From a virus (taxonomy: Duplodnaviria > Caudoviricetes): 64,000 nt of DNA. The stretch spans positions 1 to 64,000 of the IMG/VR virus record IMGVR_UViG_3300014205_000214; one strand, given 5' to 3'. The notes under the pieces were generated by a model that saw only the letters and a list, made by a program, of their open reading frames with translations, was not told the origin of the DNA and searched no databases. Shown piece by piece: positions 52,875-60,994 of this stretch (the stretch's first letter is position 1; each line of letters begins with the position of its first letter). A program made the translations under genes and the position numbers.

Positions 52875-52903
52875 TTGACAAAGCTGGAAACGTGTGGTAT
52901 AAT
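52875..52903 (+). promoter_or_regulatory. antisense sigma70-type promoter with extended -10, no downstream ORF
   Basis: TTGACA-N17-TATAAT with TGG before -10. Confidence 0.7.
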
Positions 52904-53030
52904 CTGAATTTTTTGTTTAGATAGTACAAATATTCCCTTAAACATATCCTAAAACACTTCCTTAAACTTATCCCAAAAAATTGCTCAATACCCCGAAAAA
53001 AGCTAAAAATAAAAAATCGAAACTTCTGGG

Positions 53031-53513
53031 TTAGGAGAGACAGCTTATAACATCTTCACAAAGCTTTTTAAATTCGATTATTGTTAAGTCTCTTTTAGCC
53101 ATATTAGCATCTTTACAAACAATTTGACAGTTTTCAATAGAATTAGAACCATTTTTAGTTCTTGGAATAATATGATCTAATTGATAGCTTGAAGAATCTG
53201 TTAAATCAATTTTGCGATTAGTTAAAGCACATTTCGGGAAATCTCCTATTTTTAATAAAAGATCATCAACAGTAAAATTCATTTTAGAACCGTTTTTATC
53301 TTTTGAGAAATCTCTTATCTTATAACATAGAATCATCCTAATATTGCTTTTATATTTTTGATAGTAATCCCGAGAAATATCTTTAGTGTTTTCTCTAGTA
53401 TGATATTTAATAGTATTAAAACTAACTTGATATTCTCTTGATAAGCTCGCTAGGCTTTGTTTTTTAGATTTTTCTTTAATTTCTTTTATTTGTTCTTGAT
53501 TTAACTTTTTCAT
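53031..53513 (-). CDS. HTH-HNH endonuclease
   Basis: N-terminal MKKLNQEQIKEIK...SLASLSREYQVSFNTI HTH; CALT...YQLDHIIPR..GSNSIENCQIVCKDANMAK. Confidence 0.75.
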   Translation of the reverse strand: MKKLNQEQIKEIKEKSKKQSLASLSREYQVSFNTIKYHTRENTKDISRDYYQKYKSNIRMILCYKIRDFSKDKNGSKMNFTVDDLLLKIGDFPKCALTNRKIDLTDSSSYQLDHIIPRTKNGSNSIENCQIVCKDANMAKRDLTIIEFKKLCEDVISCLS

Positions 53514-53545
53514 AATCTCTCCAGTTTAATAGATTCTATACATAT

Positions 53546-53555
53546 ATAAATACTC
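53546..53555 (-). promoter_or_regulatory. GAGTATTTAT motif, upstream of HTH-HNH gene
   Basis: Reverse-oriented copy 33 nt before ATG 53513. Confidence 0.7.
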
Positions 53556-53665
53556 CAAAACGCTATTGATTACTAAATCATTATCAAAATCTAAAAATTG
53601 CACTTATATTGCACACTAACAGGGCTAAAACTGCCCTTTTGGGTGCGGTGTGACACCACACCTGG

Positions 53666-53740
53666 ATGGGTGGTTAGGTCAACTCTAGAGAGGTACTCAC
53701 AATGGGTGGTAGGGTCAACCCAAAGGAGTGGGTGAACGGG
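53666..53740 (+). repeat. G-rich direct repeats / G-run cluster
   Basis: ATGGGTGGTTAGGTCAAC (53666-83) and ATGGGTGGTAGGGTCAAC (53702-19), 16/18 identical, 36-nt period; GGG runs at 53704, 53712, 53730, 53738. Confidence 0.6.
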
Positions 53741-54143
53741 CGTACACTGGTTTTTTGTACACCTGTCAATTCGACCGCAGAGCAACTCGCGTGCCAATAT
53801 CAAATTGACTTCATTACAAAACATTAACTAAAGTCTACTGCGAAGGATGACGATAAGATACTCAGCGGTCAGCTCGACAGCTAAAACTAAGTGTCCCTGC
53901 CAAAATGGCAAAACGAAAATTCTTAAAAGTAATTGACGCCCTTAAAGGGCTCTAAGGGGAAAACATGCGACATAGACTACTGCCTGGCCCATTGTGGGGG
54001 TTGACTGGTTCGGATAATGTAAGTGTTAGAACGCGACGATTGATCGCAGCGGTTGGCTTGTTGCTGACCGCAGGCTGTGCGGGCGGACGGGTGAGCCTCA
54101 CAACAACCATTCAGAATCACCCGATAACAATTGGAGTAGAATT

Positions 54144-54422
54144 ATGGGAGTTAGAACCGTTGCCGCAAGGGACGAAGCTTTGCGACGTATCGTCGCCCAC
54201 GTCAAAGAGGGATTGACACGCCGCAAGGTGGTAGAAGTTAAACTCGCTCCGCAAGGTTCAATTACCGTTGCGGATGTTAGGCGGTGTTTGAACGCGGACG
54301 GTGTTATCGTCAAGCGTATCGCAGACTCGGAACGATACGTAGCCGCTAGCATGGCAGCTCAAGACGGCTTCGGAATCAACTTGGAGACCACATGGGAAGC
54401 AGACCTGTTAGCGGCTAAATAG
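54144..54422 (+). CDS. hypothetical protein in G+C-rich island
   Basis: GGAG SD upstream of ATG; natural-looking composition. Confidence 0.6.
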   Translation: MGVRTVAARDEALRRIVAHVKEGLTRRKVVEVKLAPQGSITVADVRRCLNADGVIVKRIADSERYVAASMAAQDGFGINLETTWEADLLAAK

Positions 54423-54506
54423 CTTGCTGGCAGTGCTGGTAATCGCGTTTTTTGTGGGCGTGTTGCTCACGAAACATTGAAGTAACTTTTTGAAAGAACT
54501 CTGATT

Positions 54507-55001
54507 ATGTCGAAGATAGCAATGGTTCCAGTAGCGTATGCTCAGAAACTCGGCTTGACCGTCACCACCGGCGAGAAGGGCAACGCAGTGCCTCACAACA
54601 CTGGGCGACCTGTAAAGAAGGTTGACAAGCTTTGGGTAGCCAAGCTTTTGAAGGCCAACCCGCACTTTGCCGACCTGCCTGTTAGTAAGAACGGAGAAAA
54701 CAAGGTGGGCGGGCGAGCCAAAACCGTCGCTCGTTTCGTGGTGGACGCATTCAAGCTTAGCGACGCGCAGGGATACTTGACAATTGGTGACTTGGCTGAG
54801 GTTGCCGGACTCAGTAGCGTCAATTATGGGGCTGGGGCCAAGGAGTTGTCAGCGATTATCGCCAAAATGTGCCTTGCCGATTGCCTGACCGTCACAGGAA
54901 AGGGTCGCACCGCCTCAGAAATGAGCGACGAAACGACCTTTAACCTTGACGATATCGAACTCGAAAACGCCGATGATATCGACCTTGACGACCTGTGCTA
55001 G
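54507..55001 (+). CDS. putative DNA-binding protein (HTH-like motif, acidic tail) in G+C-rich island
   Basis: YLTIGDLAEVAGLS resembles an HTH start; C-terminal DDIELENADDIDLDDLC; followed by terminator. Confidence 0.65.
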   Translation: MSKIAMVPVAYAQKLGLTVTTGEKGNAVPHNTGRPVKKVDKLWVAKLLKANPHFADLPVSKNGENKVGGRAKTVARFVVDAFKLSDAQGYLTIGDLAEVAGLSSVNYGAGAKELSAIIAKMCLADCLTVTGKGRTASEMSDETTFNLDDIELENADDIDLDDLC

Positions 55002-55031
55002 TGCTCGCTTGCAGTAACCGATAACGACCTA

Positions 55032-55066
55032 TTGGGCCAGCCTAAAAACTGGCCCAAAATTTTTTT
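55032..55066 (+). terminator. Rho-independent terminator
   Basis: TTGGGCCAG-CCTAAAAA-CTGGCCCAA (9 bp) followed by T7. Confidence 0.85.
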
Positions 55067-55116
55067 GAAAAAATGAGTACATTTTTTCCTACCGTGTAGA
55101 CATACTCGACAGGGGA

Positions 55117-55200
55117 TTGAAAAGGAATAAGCATAGCTTATCTGTTTATTTTTGCCCTTCGGGCGTTGAAAGGAATAGGCTAAAGCCTATCAGTTTTTTG
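55117..55200 (+). repeat. two covarying hairpin repeats (49-nt period)
   Basis: TTGAAAAGGA-ATAAGC-ATA-GCTTAT-CTGTTT and TTGAAAGGA-ATAGGC-TAAA-GCCTAT-CAGTTT. Confidence 0.65.
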
Positions 55201-55479
55201 TTTGTGATCCAGGCGGGTATTCTATTAGAGAAACTACACTAGTCCCGGCACTCCCTTTTCCTATACCTCATATACTTACAACTCCCACCAAAAATCCAAA
55301 TAGTCTCTCCCAAACCTTAAAGGTAATAAAAGCTAATAAACTTACTAGTCACTTATCAATTAACCTATTTAAGTTATCTTACAAGTTATACATCTAATAT
55401 ATTAAAAGAATAAACTATCCGAAAAAATTTAAAACTATGTTCATTAAGATCTAGGTACTCCTAGATATAATAGGTATAG

Positions 55480-55489
55480 GAGTATTTAT
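55480..55489 (+). promoter_or_regulatory. GAGTATTTAT motif at start of late module
   Basis: 38 nt before ATG 55527. Confidence 0.7.
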
Positions 55490-55526
55490 TAAATAGTCGC
55501 ATTTATTTTATTATACGGAGTAGATT

Positions 55527-55769
55527 ATGAAAAGAGAATTAAACAAACACAATAAATTTTACGTCGATAAGGCTGTAGCTAGCGTAAAAGAAACTGAAGA
55601 ACTAAAAAAGTCAGTTGAAGAAGACCTTCAAGAACAACCCAAAGAAGAAGTGGAGAAAGCTCAAGCAAAACTTCTAAAATTTCTAGAAACAGATGTTAAG
55701 CAACCAGACAAGAAAGAAGTTGTCCACAAGGACTTAAAAGATGTTGCCAAAGGTAGAGATGAAAAGTAA
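55527..55769 (+). CDS. hypothetical charged protein
   Basis: First ORF after late motif; GGAG SD. Confidence 0.6.
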   Translation: MKRELNKHNKFYVDKAVASVKETEELKKSVEEDLQEQPKEEVEKAQAKLLKFLETDVKQPDKKEVVHKDLKDVAKGRDEK

Positions 55770-56259
55770 ACCGTCTGAAGAACAACTTGAAACTATCTAT
55801 AAAATAGCTAAACAAATTTCTTCTGACAAATGGGTTCCCGGTTACACCAAGGAAGACATTCAACAAGAAGCTATCATTATTGCTCTTAAAGGCTTCTATA
55901 GATATAATGGCTCGATTCCCTTTGATAAATTCATTGGGAATCATATGAGAAATCGTTTAATTACTTTACGCCGGGATAAGTATGTTAAACCTGGATGTTC
56001 TTGCGGGAAATGTAAAAAATGTCTTCACAATACTTCCCGAATAAATATCATGAGTCCCTCTGATATATCTTCTGAAAATCCTAAACTAGAATATAATGTT
56101 GAGGATTCTGTTGCTTCTAAAGAATTAATGGAATATTTAGATGATTTTATTCCAGCAGAACTTAGAGACGAATATCTTAAACTTACTCAAGGGTGTTATG
56201 TTTCTAAGGAAAAAAAAGCAAAACTGAAAGTAATTATAACAGAAGCTCTTTATGGTTAA
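55741..56259 (+). CDS. phage-encoded sigma70-family factor-like protein (region 2, with CxCxxCxxC insert)
   Basis: EDIQQEAIIIALKGFYRYNGSIPFDKFIGNHMRNRLITLRR resembles sigma region 2.2-2.4. Confidence 0.6.
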   Translation: MLPKVEMKSKPSEEQLETIYKIAKQISSDKWVPGYTKEDIQQEAIIIALKGFYRYNGSIPFDKFIGNHMRNRLITLRRDKYVKPGCSCGKCKKCLHNTSRINIMSPSDISSENPKLEYNVEDSVASKELMEYLDDFIPAELRDEYLKLTQGCYVSKEKKAKLKVIITEALYG

Positions 56260-57139
56260 AAAAGCTATTAGTCACAATGGTCAGAAATCTGGACCATATT
56301 CTTCCGAAGAAAAGAACTATATTAGTGATCAAGCGGGGAAAATATCTCCAGAAATGATTGCTCAAAAACTTCTAAGAAATCCTAAAAAAATAAGAGATTA
56401 TATGACCAAGCAAGGTCTTATGAAATATTATTATAAGGAAGATCTAGAAAAAGATCAATTACAGAATATTAGAAAGAGTAAGTATTGGAATATCTTATGT
56501 GAACAATTTTCTAAAGAAGAACTAGATTCTTTTGAATATCACTGGCAAAATATAGTTAAGCAATTCCGCGATGATATTTTACATACAGAAGAACTTCAAA
56601 TAGTAGATGCTATTAAACTTCAATTAATGATGGATAGAAATCAGAAAAAGCAAAAACAAGCAATGGACCATATTGATTTTCTTCGAGCTGAAATTACTAA
56701 AGAAAGAAAAAGTCCTTCTCCGGATGATAAAAGAATACAAAGCTTTAGTCAAGATCTTGCTGCTTGTTACTCTGGAATAGAAGCTTTAGATAAAGATCAT
56801 ATTATGCTTCTTAAAGAAAAAAACAATACTCTTCAAAAGCTAAAAGCTTTAAGAGAACAAAGAGTAAGCCAAATAGAAAACTCTAAAGAAACATTAATTG
56901 GTTGGGTTAAACAACTTTATATGAATCCCAAACTAAGATACGAATTAGGATTAAAAATGGAAAAGATGAGAATAGCAACACAAGTAGAATATAATAGACT
57001 TTCTGCTCCTCATACTTTTGCTGATGGTGTTGTTGATAGACCTATTTTAAATCATGAAACAATATGTATGACTTTGACCCCGAACAATACAAAAGAAGAT
57101 ATCGAAGAGAAAGAACTGATTCCGGATTTGAACCAATAA
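56252..57139 (+). CDS. hypothetical coiled-coil protein, possible terminase small subunit
   Basis: Position upstream of terminase; N-terminal HTH-like segment; positional inference only. Confidence 0.4.
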   Translation: MVKKAISHNGQKSGPYSSEEKNYISDQAGKISPEMIAQKLLRNPKKIRDYMTKQGLMKYYYKEDLEKDQLQNIRKSKYWNILCEQFSKEELDSFEYHWQNIVKQFRDDILHTEELQIVDAIKLQLMMDRNQKKQKQAMDHIDFLRAEITKERKSPSPDDKRIQSFSQDLAACYSGIEALDKDHIMLLKEKNNTLQKLKALREQRVSQIENSKETLIGWVKQLYMNPKLRYELGLKMEKMRIATQVEYNRLSAPHTFADGVVDRPILNHETICMTLTPNNTKEDIEEKELIPDLNQ

Positions 57140-57348
57140 GGAAACAATGTCTTTCTCGGGATAAATATAAATGTAAAATGTGTGGCTCTAAAAAACCTCT
57201 ACAAGTTCATCATATTATTAGGTACGCTAATAGTATTGCTCTAAGAAATGAACTATCAAACCTAATTTCTCTCTGTAGAGAATGCCACACTAAAGTAACT
57301 GGTAACGAAAAGCATTATATAGAATATCTTCATGGATTGATTAAATGA
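57064..57348 (+). CDS. HNH endonuclease (packaging-module type)
   Basis: RDKYKCKMCG, LQVHHI, NLISLCRECH. Confidence 0.85.
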   Translation: MYDFDPEQYKRRYRRERTDSGFEPIRKQCLSRDKYKCKMCGSKKPLQVHHIIRYANSIALRNELSNLISLCRECHTKVTGNEKHYIEYLHGLIK

Positions 57349-57785
57349 AGGTTTTTATTGATTCCCGAGAACAATATCCATTAAGTTTCTCTTTTTATGG
57401 ATTTGAAGAAGAAGTCATAAAATTAGAAACTGGAGATTACTTCTTTGAAGATTATCCTGATCTAGTTATTGAAAGAAAAAGAACTACTGGGGAAATCTCA
57501 ATGAATCTAAGTCAAAAATGGAAACAGTTTGAAGCAGAACTAATAAGAATGTCTAAATATAAATATCCTTATCTAGTATGTGAATTTCCTCTTGAATATA
57601 TTGATATCTTTCCTGTTAAATCCGGAATACCAACAAATAGGTTTTCTAAAATAAGAATGCCTGGATGGGTTATTAAAAAGAAACTATTAGAAAATTGTGC
57701 TAAATATAATATTAAACTAGTTTTCTGTAATAATCCAGAAGAAGCTCAACAAAAAATTATTGGGATATTACAAGAATGCAATTAG
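57345..57785 (+). CDS. ERCC4-domain nuclease
   Basis: VFIDSREQ, LETGDY, VIERK, FEAELIRM. Confidence 0.8.
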   Translation: MKVFIDSREQYPLSFSFYGFEEEVIKLETGDYFFEDYPDLVIERKRTTGEISMNLSQKWKQFEAELIRMSKYKYPYLVCEFPLEYIDIFPVKSGIPTNRFSKIRMPGWVIKKKLLENCAKYNIKLVFCNNPEEAQQKIIGILQECN

Positions 57786-60700
57786 ACCTAAAGAATTCTT
57801 CTCCGGAATATATTGATAAGGTTAGAAATGATTATAAAAGATATTCTGGATTAATCTTTAATGATGATACAGTTTATAATCCCTTATTAGAAATTCCAAA
57901 AGAAGTAGAAGAACAGCCACACTTATATTATACTTGGCTTTTATCTAGACCAGAATATCTTAATTTCTTTTGTTCAGAATTTCTTAATGTTGAACCATTA
58001 TTCTATCAAGCATGTATTTTAGAAGAACTTTGGAATAGAAAATTTCCAATGTTAATTGGTAGTAGAGGTCTTGGTAAAACCTGGATGTTAGCTGTTTATA
58101 TTATGTTAAGAGCTACTATTCTTCAGGGTAGAAAGATTGTTGTTGCTGGGGCATCTTTTAGACAGTCTAAATTAGTATATGAATATTGTACTCAGATCTG
58201 GAATAATGCTCCTTTATTAAGAAATGCTGTTTCATCATATCCTGGTGATCAAGGTCCAAAGGGTGGTAATGACGCAGTTCACTTTAGAATAGGTGATTCT
58301 ACTGTTATTTTTATCCCTATTGGCTCTGGAGGAACTATTAGAGGTCTTAGAGCAAATGATATAATTGTCGATGAGTTTTCTTGTTTGGGAGAGACAACTC
58401 TAATAGAAACACAAAATGGTCTAGAAAGAATTTCTGATTGTATTGATAGCCCAAATTTAAAACTTTATAATAGATATGGTAATTTAGAAATTCCGGAAAA
58501 AAGAATTAAAACACCTCTAATAGATGTTTATAAAATAGAAGTCAGGAACGGTTATAGTTTTAAATGTTCTTCTATTCATAAAGTATTAACGTCTAATGGT
58601 TGGAAATTAGCCAAAGATTTAACAAATAAAGACTATCTAGTTTTTGAAAACAATTATAAATTCCCAATAAAAGAAATTCAAGGTTTGGATGAAGATATAG
58701 CTGAGTTAATGGGACTTTTAATTTCTGAAGGGTCTATTAATAATAGAAACTATATTTCTATAACAGGAACGTCTAAAGATTTAATGAGCTATTTAGATAA
58801 AAAATATAAATATTTAAATCCTAAAATATATACGAGAAAAGCAAAAATAGATTACAGAGGATGGAATTGTAAAGAGTCTTATAACTTTAATATTCATAAT
58901 ACTAAATTTAGAACAGATTTATTAAATTTAGGACTGGATTATTCAATAGTTTATAATAAAAAAATACCTTGGTCTATTTTACAATCCCCAAGAAATATAA
59001 TTATTAAGTTTTTAAACGGTTTATTTAATGGCGATGGTTCCTGTTTTATTTTTAATGCAAGAAATAAAAAAAGACTAGGAGTTGCTTATTATAGCGTTTC
59101 AGAACAGTTAATAGATGAACTTCAAGTTTTATTATTTAAGCTTGGATATTTATCCAATAAACAGGTTAGAAAAAGTAAAATTAGTAATAAGCCACAATGG
59201 ATGATCAGACTAAACGGAGAATATGCTTACGATCTAGCAAAAGAATTAAATATACCAAGATTTAATGACATTTTAGATAACGAAGAATACGATGTTCACA
59301 AAAGAACTAATTATGTAAATTTTAGAAATGGATATTATTGCGTAGATTTGTGTTATCTTAGTAAAAGCTATAATCTTGGAACTAAATTTAAAAATAAAGA
59401 AGATGCTTTAAAAGCCGTTGATAATTTTTTCGAAAACAATAAACAATGTCTTTTAGTTAAATCTGTTAAAAAACTTAAAGAAAAAGAGCATCTTTATGAT
59501 TTCGTATTACCAGAAACCCATTCTTTTATTGGTAATGGATTTGTTCAGCATAATTCACATAGTAAAGAAATCTTTGAAAATGTTATTGCTGGTTTCGCTG
59601 CTGTTCAAGGTTCTCCACAGGATAAAGTATCAGATAGACTAGAAGAAGACTTTAATAAAATGTTTGGGTTTGATATTTTAGAAAGAAAAGATGATCTAAA
59701 TATATCTAATCAAATTATTATTTCTGGAACAGCATATTACTACTTTAATCATTTTGCTGAATATTGGGAAAAATGGCATAAAATAATTGTTTCTAGAGGC
59801 GATCCTAACAAACTAGAAGAAATTTTTCCAGATGGTATAGAACCAGGTTTTAGCTGGAAAGATTATTCTGTTATTAGAATACCATATGATATTTTGCCTA
59901 GTCAGTATATGGATGAAGGTAACATTGCTAGATCTAAAGCAACATTAAATTCAACCTTATTCCTTATGGAAATGGGAGCAATTTTTTCTAAAGACTCTGA
60001 TGGTTTCTTTAAAGCTTCTCTAGTTGAGTCTTGCGTGGCTTCAGAAAACAATTTAATAGAAAAGTCTTCCGGAGTTGTTAATTTCTTTCCCAGACTAAGC
60101 GGGGATAATGATAAAAAATACTATATGGGTGTTGATACGGCTTCTCAAGTAGATAATTTTGCCATTGTTATTTTAGAAGCCCATAAAGACCACAGAAGAA
60201 TTGTTTATTGCTGGACAACTAATACTAAAGAATTTAAACAAGGTAGAAAATCTGGACAAATTGCTGAAACAGACTTTTTTAGATATTGTTCCGGAAAAAT
60301 TAGAGAACTACTTGTAAGATTTCAAATAGAAAAAATATCAATCGACTCTCAGGGTGGCGGTAGAACTATTTATGAGTCTTTACATGATAAATCTTCTCTT
60401 AAACCTGGAGAGCAAATGATTTGGGAAGCTCTTGAGCCAGGGAAACTTAAAGAAACAGATTCAGAAGAGGGTTTACATATTATTGAACTGGTTAACTTTA
60501 GAAAACAAGAATATACTGTTAGCGCTAATCATGGTCTTAAAAAAGACTTTGAAGATAAGAAATGTTTGTTTCCCGAATATAATCCAGCTATTTTAGCTAG
60601 TTATTCAGGCTTAGAAGGTAAATTTGCAGAGTACATGGAAGATAATATTATCAATATAGAAGAACTTAAAAGAGAATTAACTCTTATAGTTGTTACTTCT

Positions 60701-60949
60701 ACTGCAAATGGTAATGAAAGATTTGATACTCCAGAGAACAAAATAACTGGTACTGAAAAAGGTGCTTATAAAAAAGATAGATATTCAGCTTTAATCATGG
60801 CTAATATGGCAGCTAGACAAGATTATCATAATGAAAATGATTATTCTTCCCGCTCAATTGAACAAATGGCTAATAGATCTCTAGAAACAAGTCAAGCTAA
60901 TTTTATTGGTCCTTCTTGGATTGTTAGTAAACTCAATGATCTATATTAA
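57776..60949 (+). CDS. terL: terminase large subunit containing an intein
   Basis: Walker A GSRGLGKT, Walker B IIVDEF, coupling motif IIISGT, RNase H-like MGVDTA...IDSQGGG...KKDRYSA. Confidence 0.9.
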   Translation: MQLDLKNSSPEYIDKVRNDYKRYSGLIFNDDTVYNPLLEIPKEVEEQPHLYYTWLLSRPEYLNFFCSEFLNVEPLFYQACILEELWNRKFPMLIGSRGLGKTWMLAVYIMLRATILQGRKIVVAGASFRQSKLVYEYCTQIWNNAPLLRNAVSSYPGDQGPKGGNDAVHFRIGDSTVIFIPIGSGGTIRGLRANDIIVDEFSCLGETTLIETQNGLERISDCIDSPNLKLYNRYGNLEIPEKRIKTPLIDVYKIEVRNGYSFKCSSIHKVLTSNGWKLAKDLTNKDYLVFENNYKFPIKEIQGLDEDIAELMGLLISEGSINNRNYISITGTSKDLMSYLDKKYKYLNPKIYTRKAKIDYRGWNCKESYNFNIHNTKFRTDLLNLGLDYSIVYNKKIPWSILQSPRNIIIKFLNGLFNGDGSCFIFNARNKKRLGVAYYSVSEQLIDELQVLLFKLGYLSNKQVRKSKISNKPQWMIRLNGEYAYDLAKELNIPRFNDILDNEEYDVHKRTNYVNFRNGYYCVDLCYLSKSYNLGTKFKNKEDALKAVDNFFENNKQCLLVKSVKKLKEKEHLYDFVLPETHSFIGNGFVQHNSHSKEIFENVIAGFAAVQGSPQDKVSDRLEEDFNKMFGFDILERKDDLNISNQIIISGTAYYYFNHFAEYWEKWHKIIVSRGDPNKLEEIFPDGIEPGFSWKDYSVIRIPYDILPSQYMDEGNIARSKATLNSTLFLMEMGAIFSKDSDGFFKASLVESCVASENNLIEKSSGVVNFFPRLSGDNDKKYYMGVDTASQVDNFAIVILEAHKDHRRIVYCWTTNTKEFKQGRKSGQIAETDFFRYCSGKIRELLVRFQIEKISIDSQGGGRTIYESLHDKSSLKPGEQMIWEALEPGKLKETDSEEGLHIIELVNFRKQEYTVSANHGLKKDFEDKKCLFPEYNPAILASYSGLEGKFAEYMEDNIINIEELKRELTLIVVTSTANGNERFDTPENKITGTEKGAYKKDRYSALIMANMAARQDYHNENDYSSRSIEQMANRSLETSQANFIGPSWIVSKLNDLY
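58382..59554 (+). mobile_element. intein (391 aa) with LAGLIDADG homing endonuclease
   Basis: Starts CLGETTLIETQNG, ends FIGNGFVQHN followed by Ser; LAGLIDADG motifs ELMGLLISEGS and FLNGLFNGDGS; removal restores DEFSSHSKEIF just after Walker B. Confidence 0.92.
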
Positions 60950-60952
60950 AAA

Positions 60953-60962
60953 GAGTATTTAT
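60953..60962 (+). promoter_or_regulatory. GAGTATTTAT motif upstream of portal
   Basis: 33 nt before ATG 60995. Confidence 0.7.
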
Positions 60963-60994
60963 TAATAGTATTACCAATCCAATTAGGGAAAACC

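Noticed and set aside
53965-54823. Alternative ORFs in the G+C island (53965..54216, 54098..54352, 54408..54665, 54593..54823)
   Set aside because: Overlap 54144..54422 and 54507..55001, which have better SD/terminator context; long shadow ORFs are expected at high G+C
53666-55200. Mini CRISPR array from the direct repeats at 53666/53702 or 55117/55166
   Set aside because: Only two imperfect copies each, spacer lengths are atypical, and no cas genes are in the window
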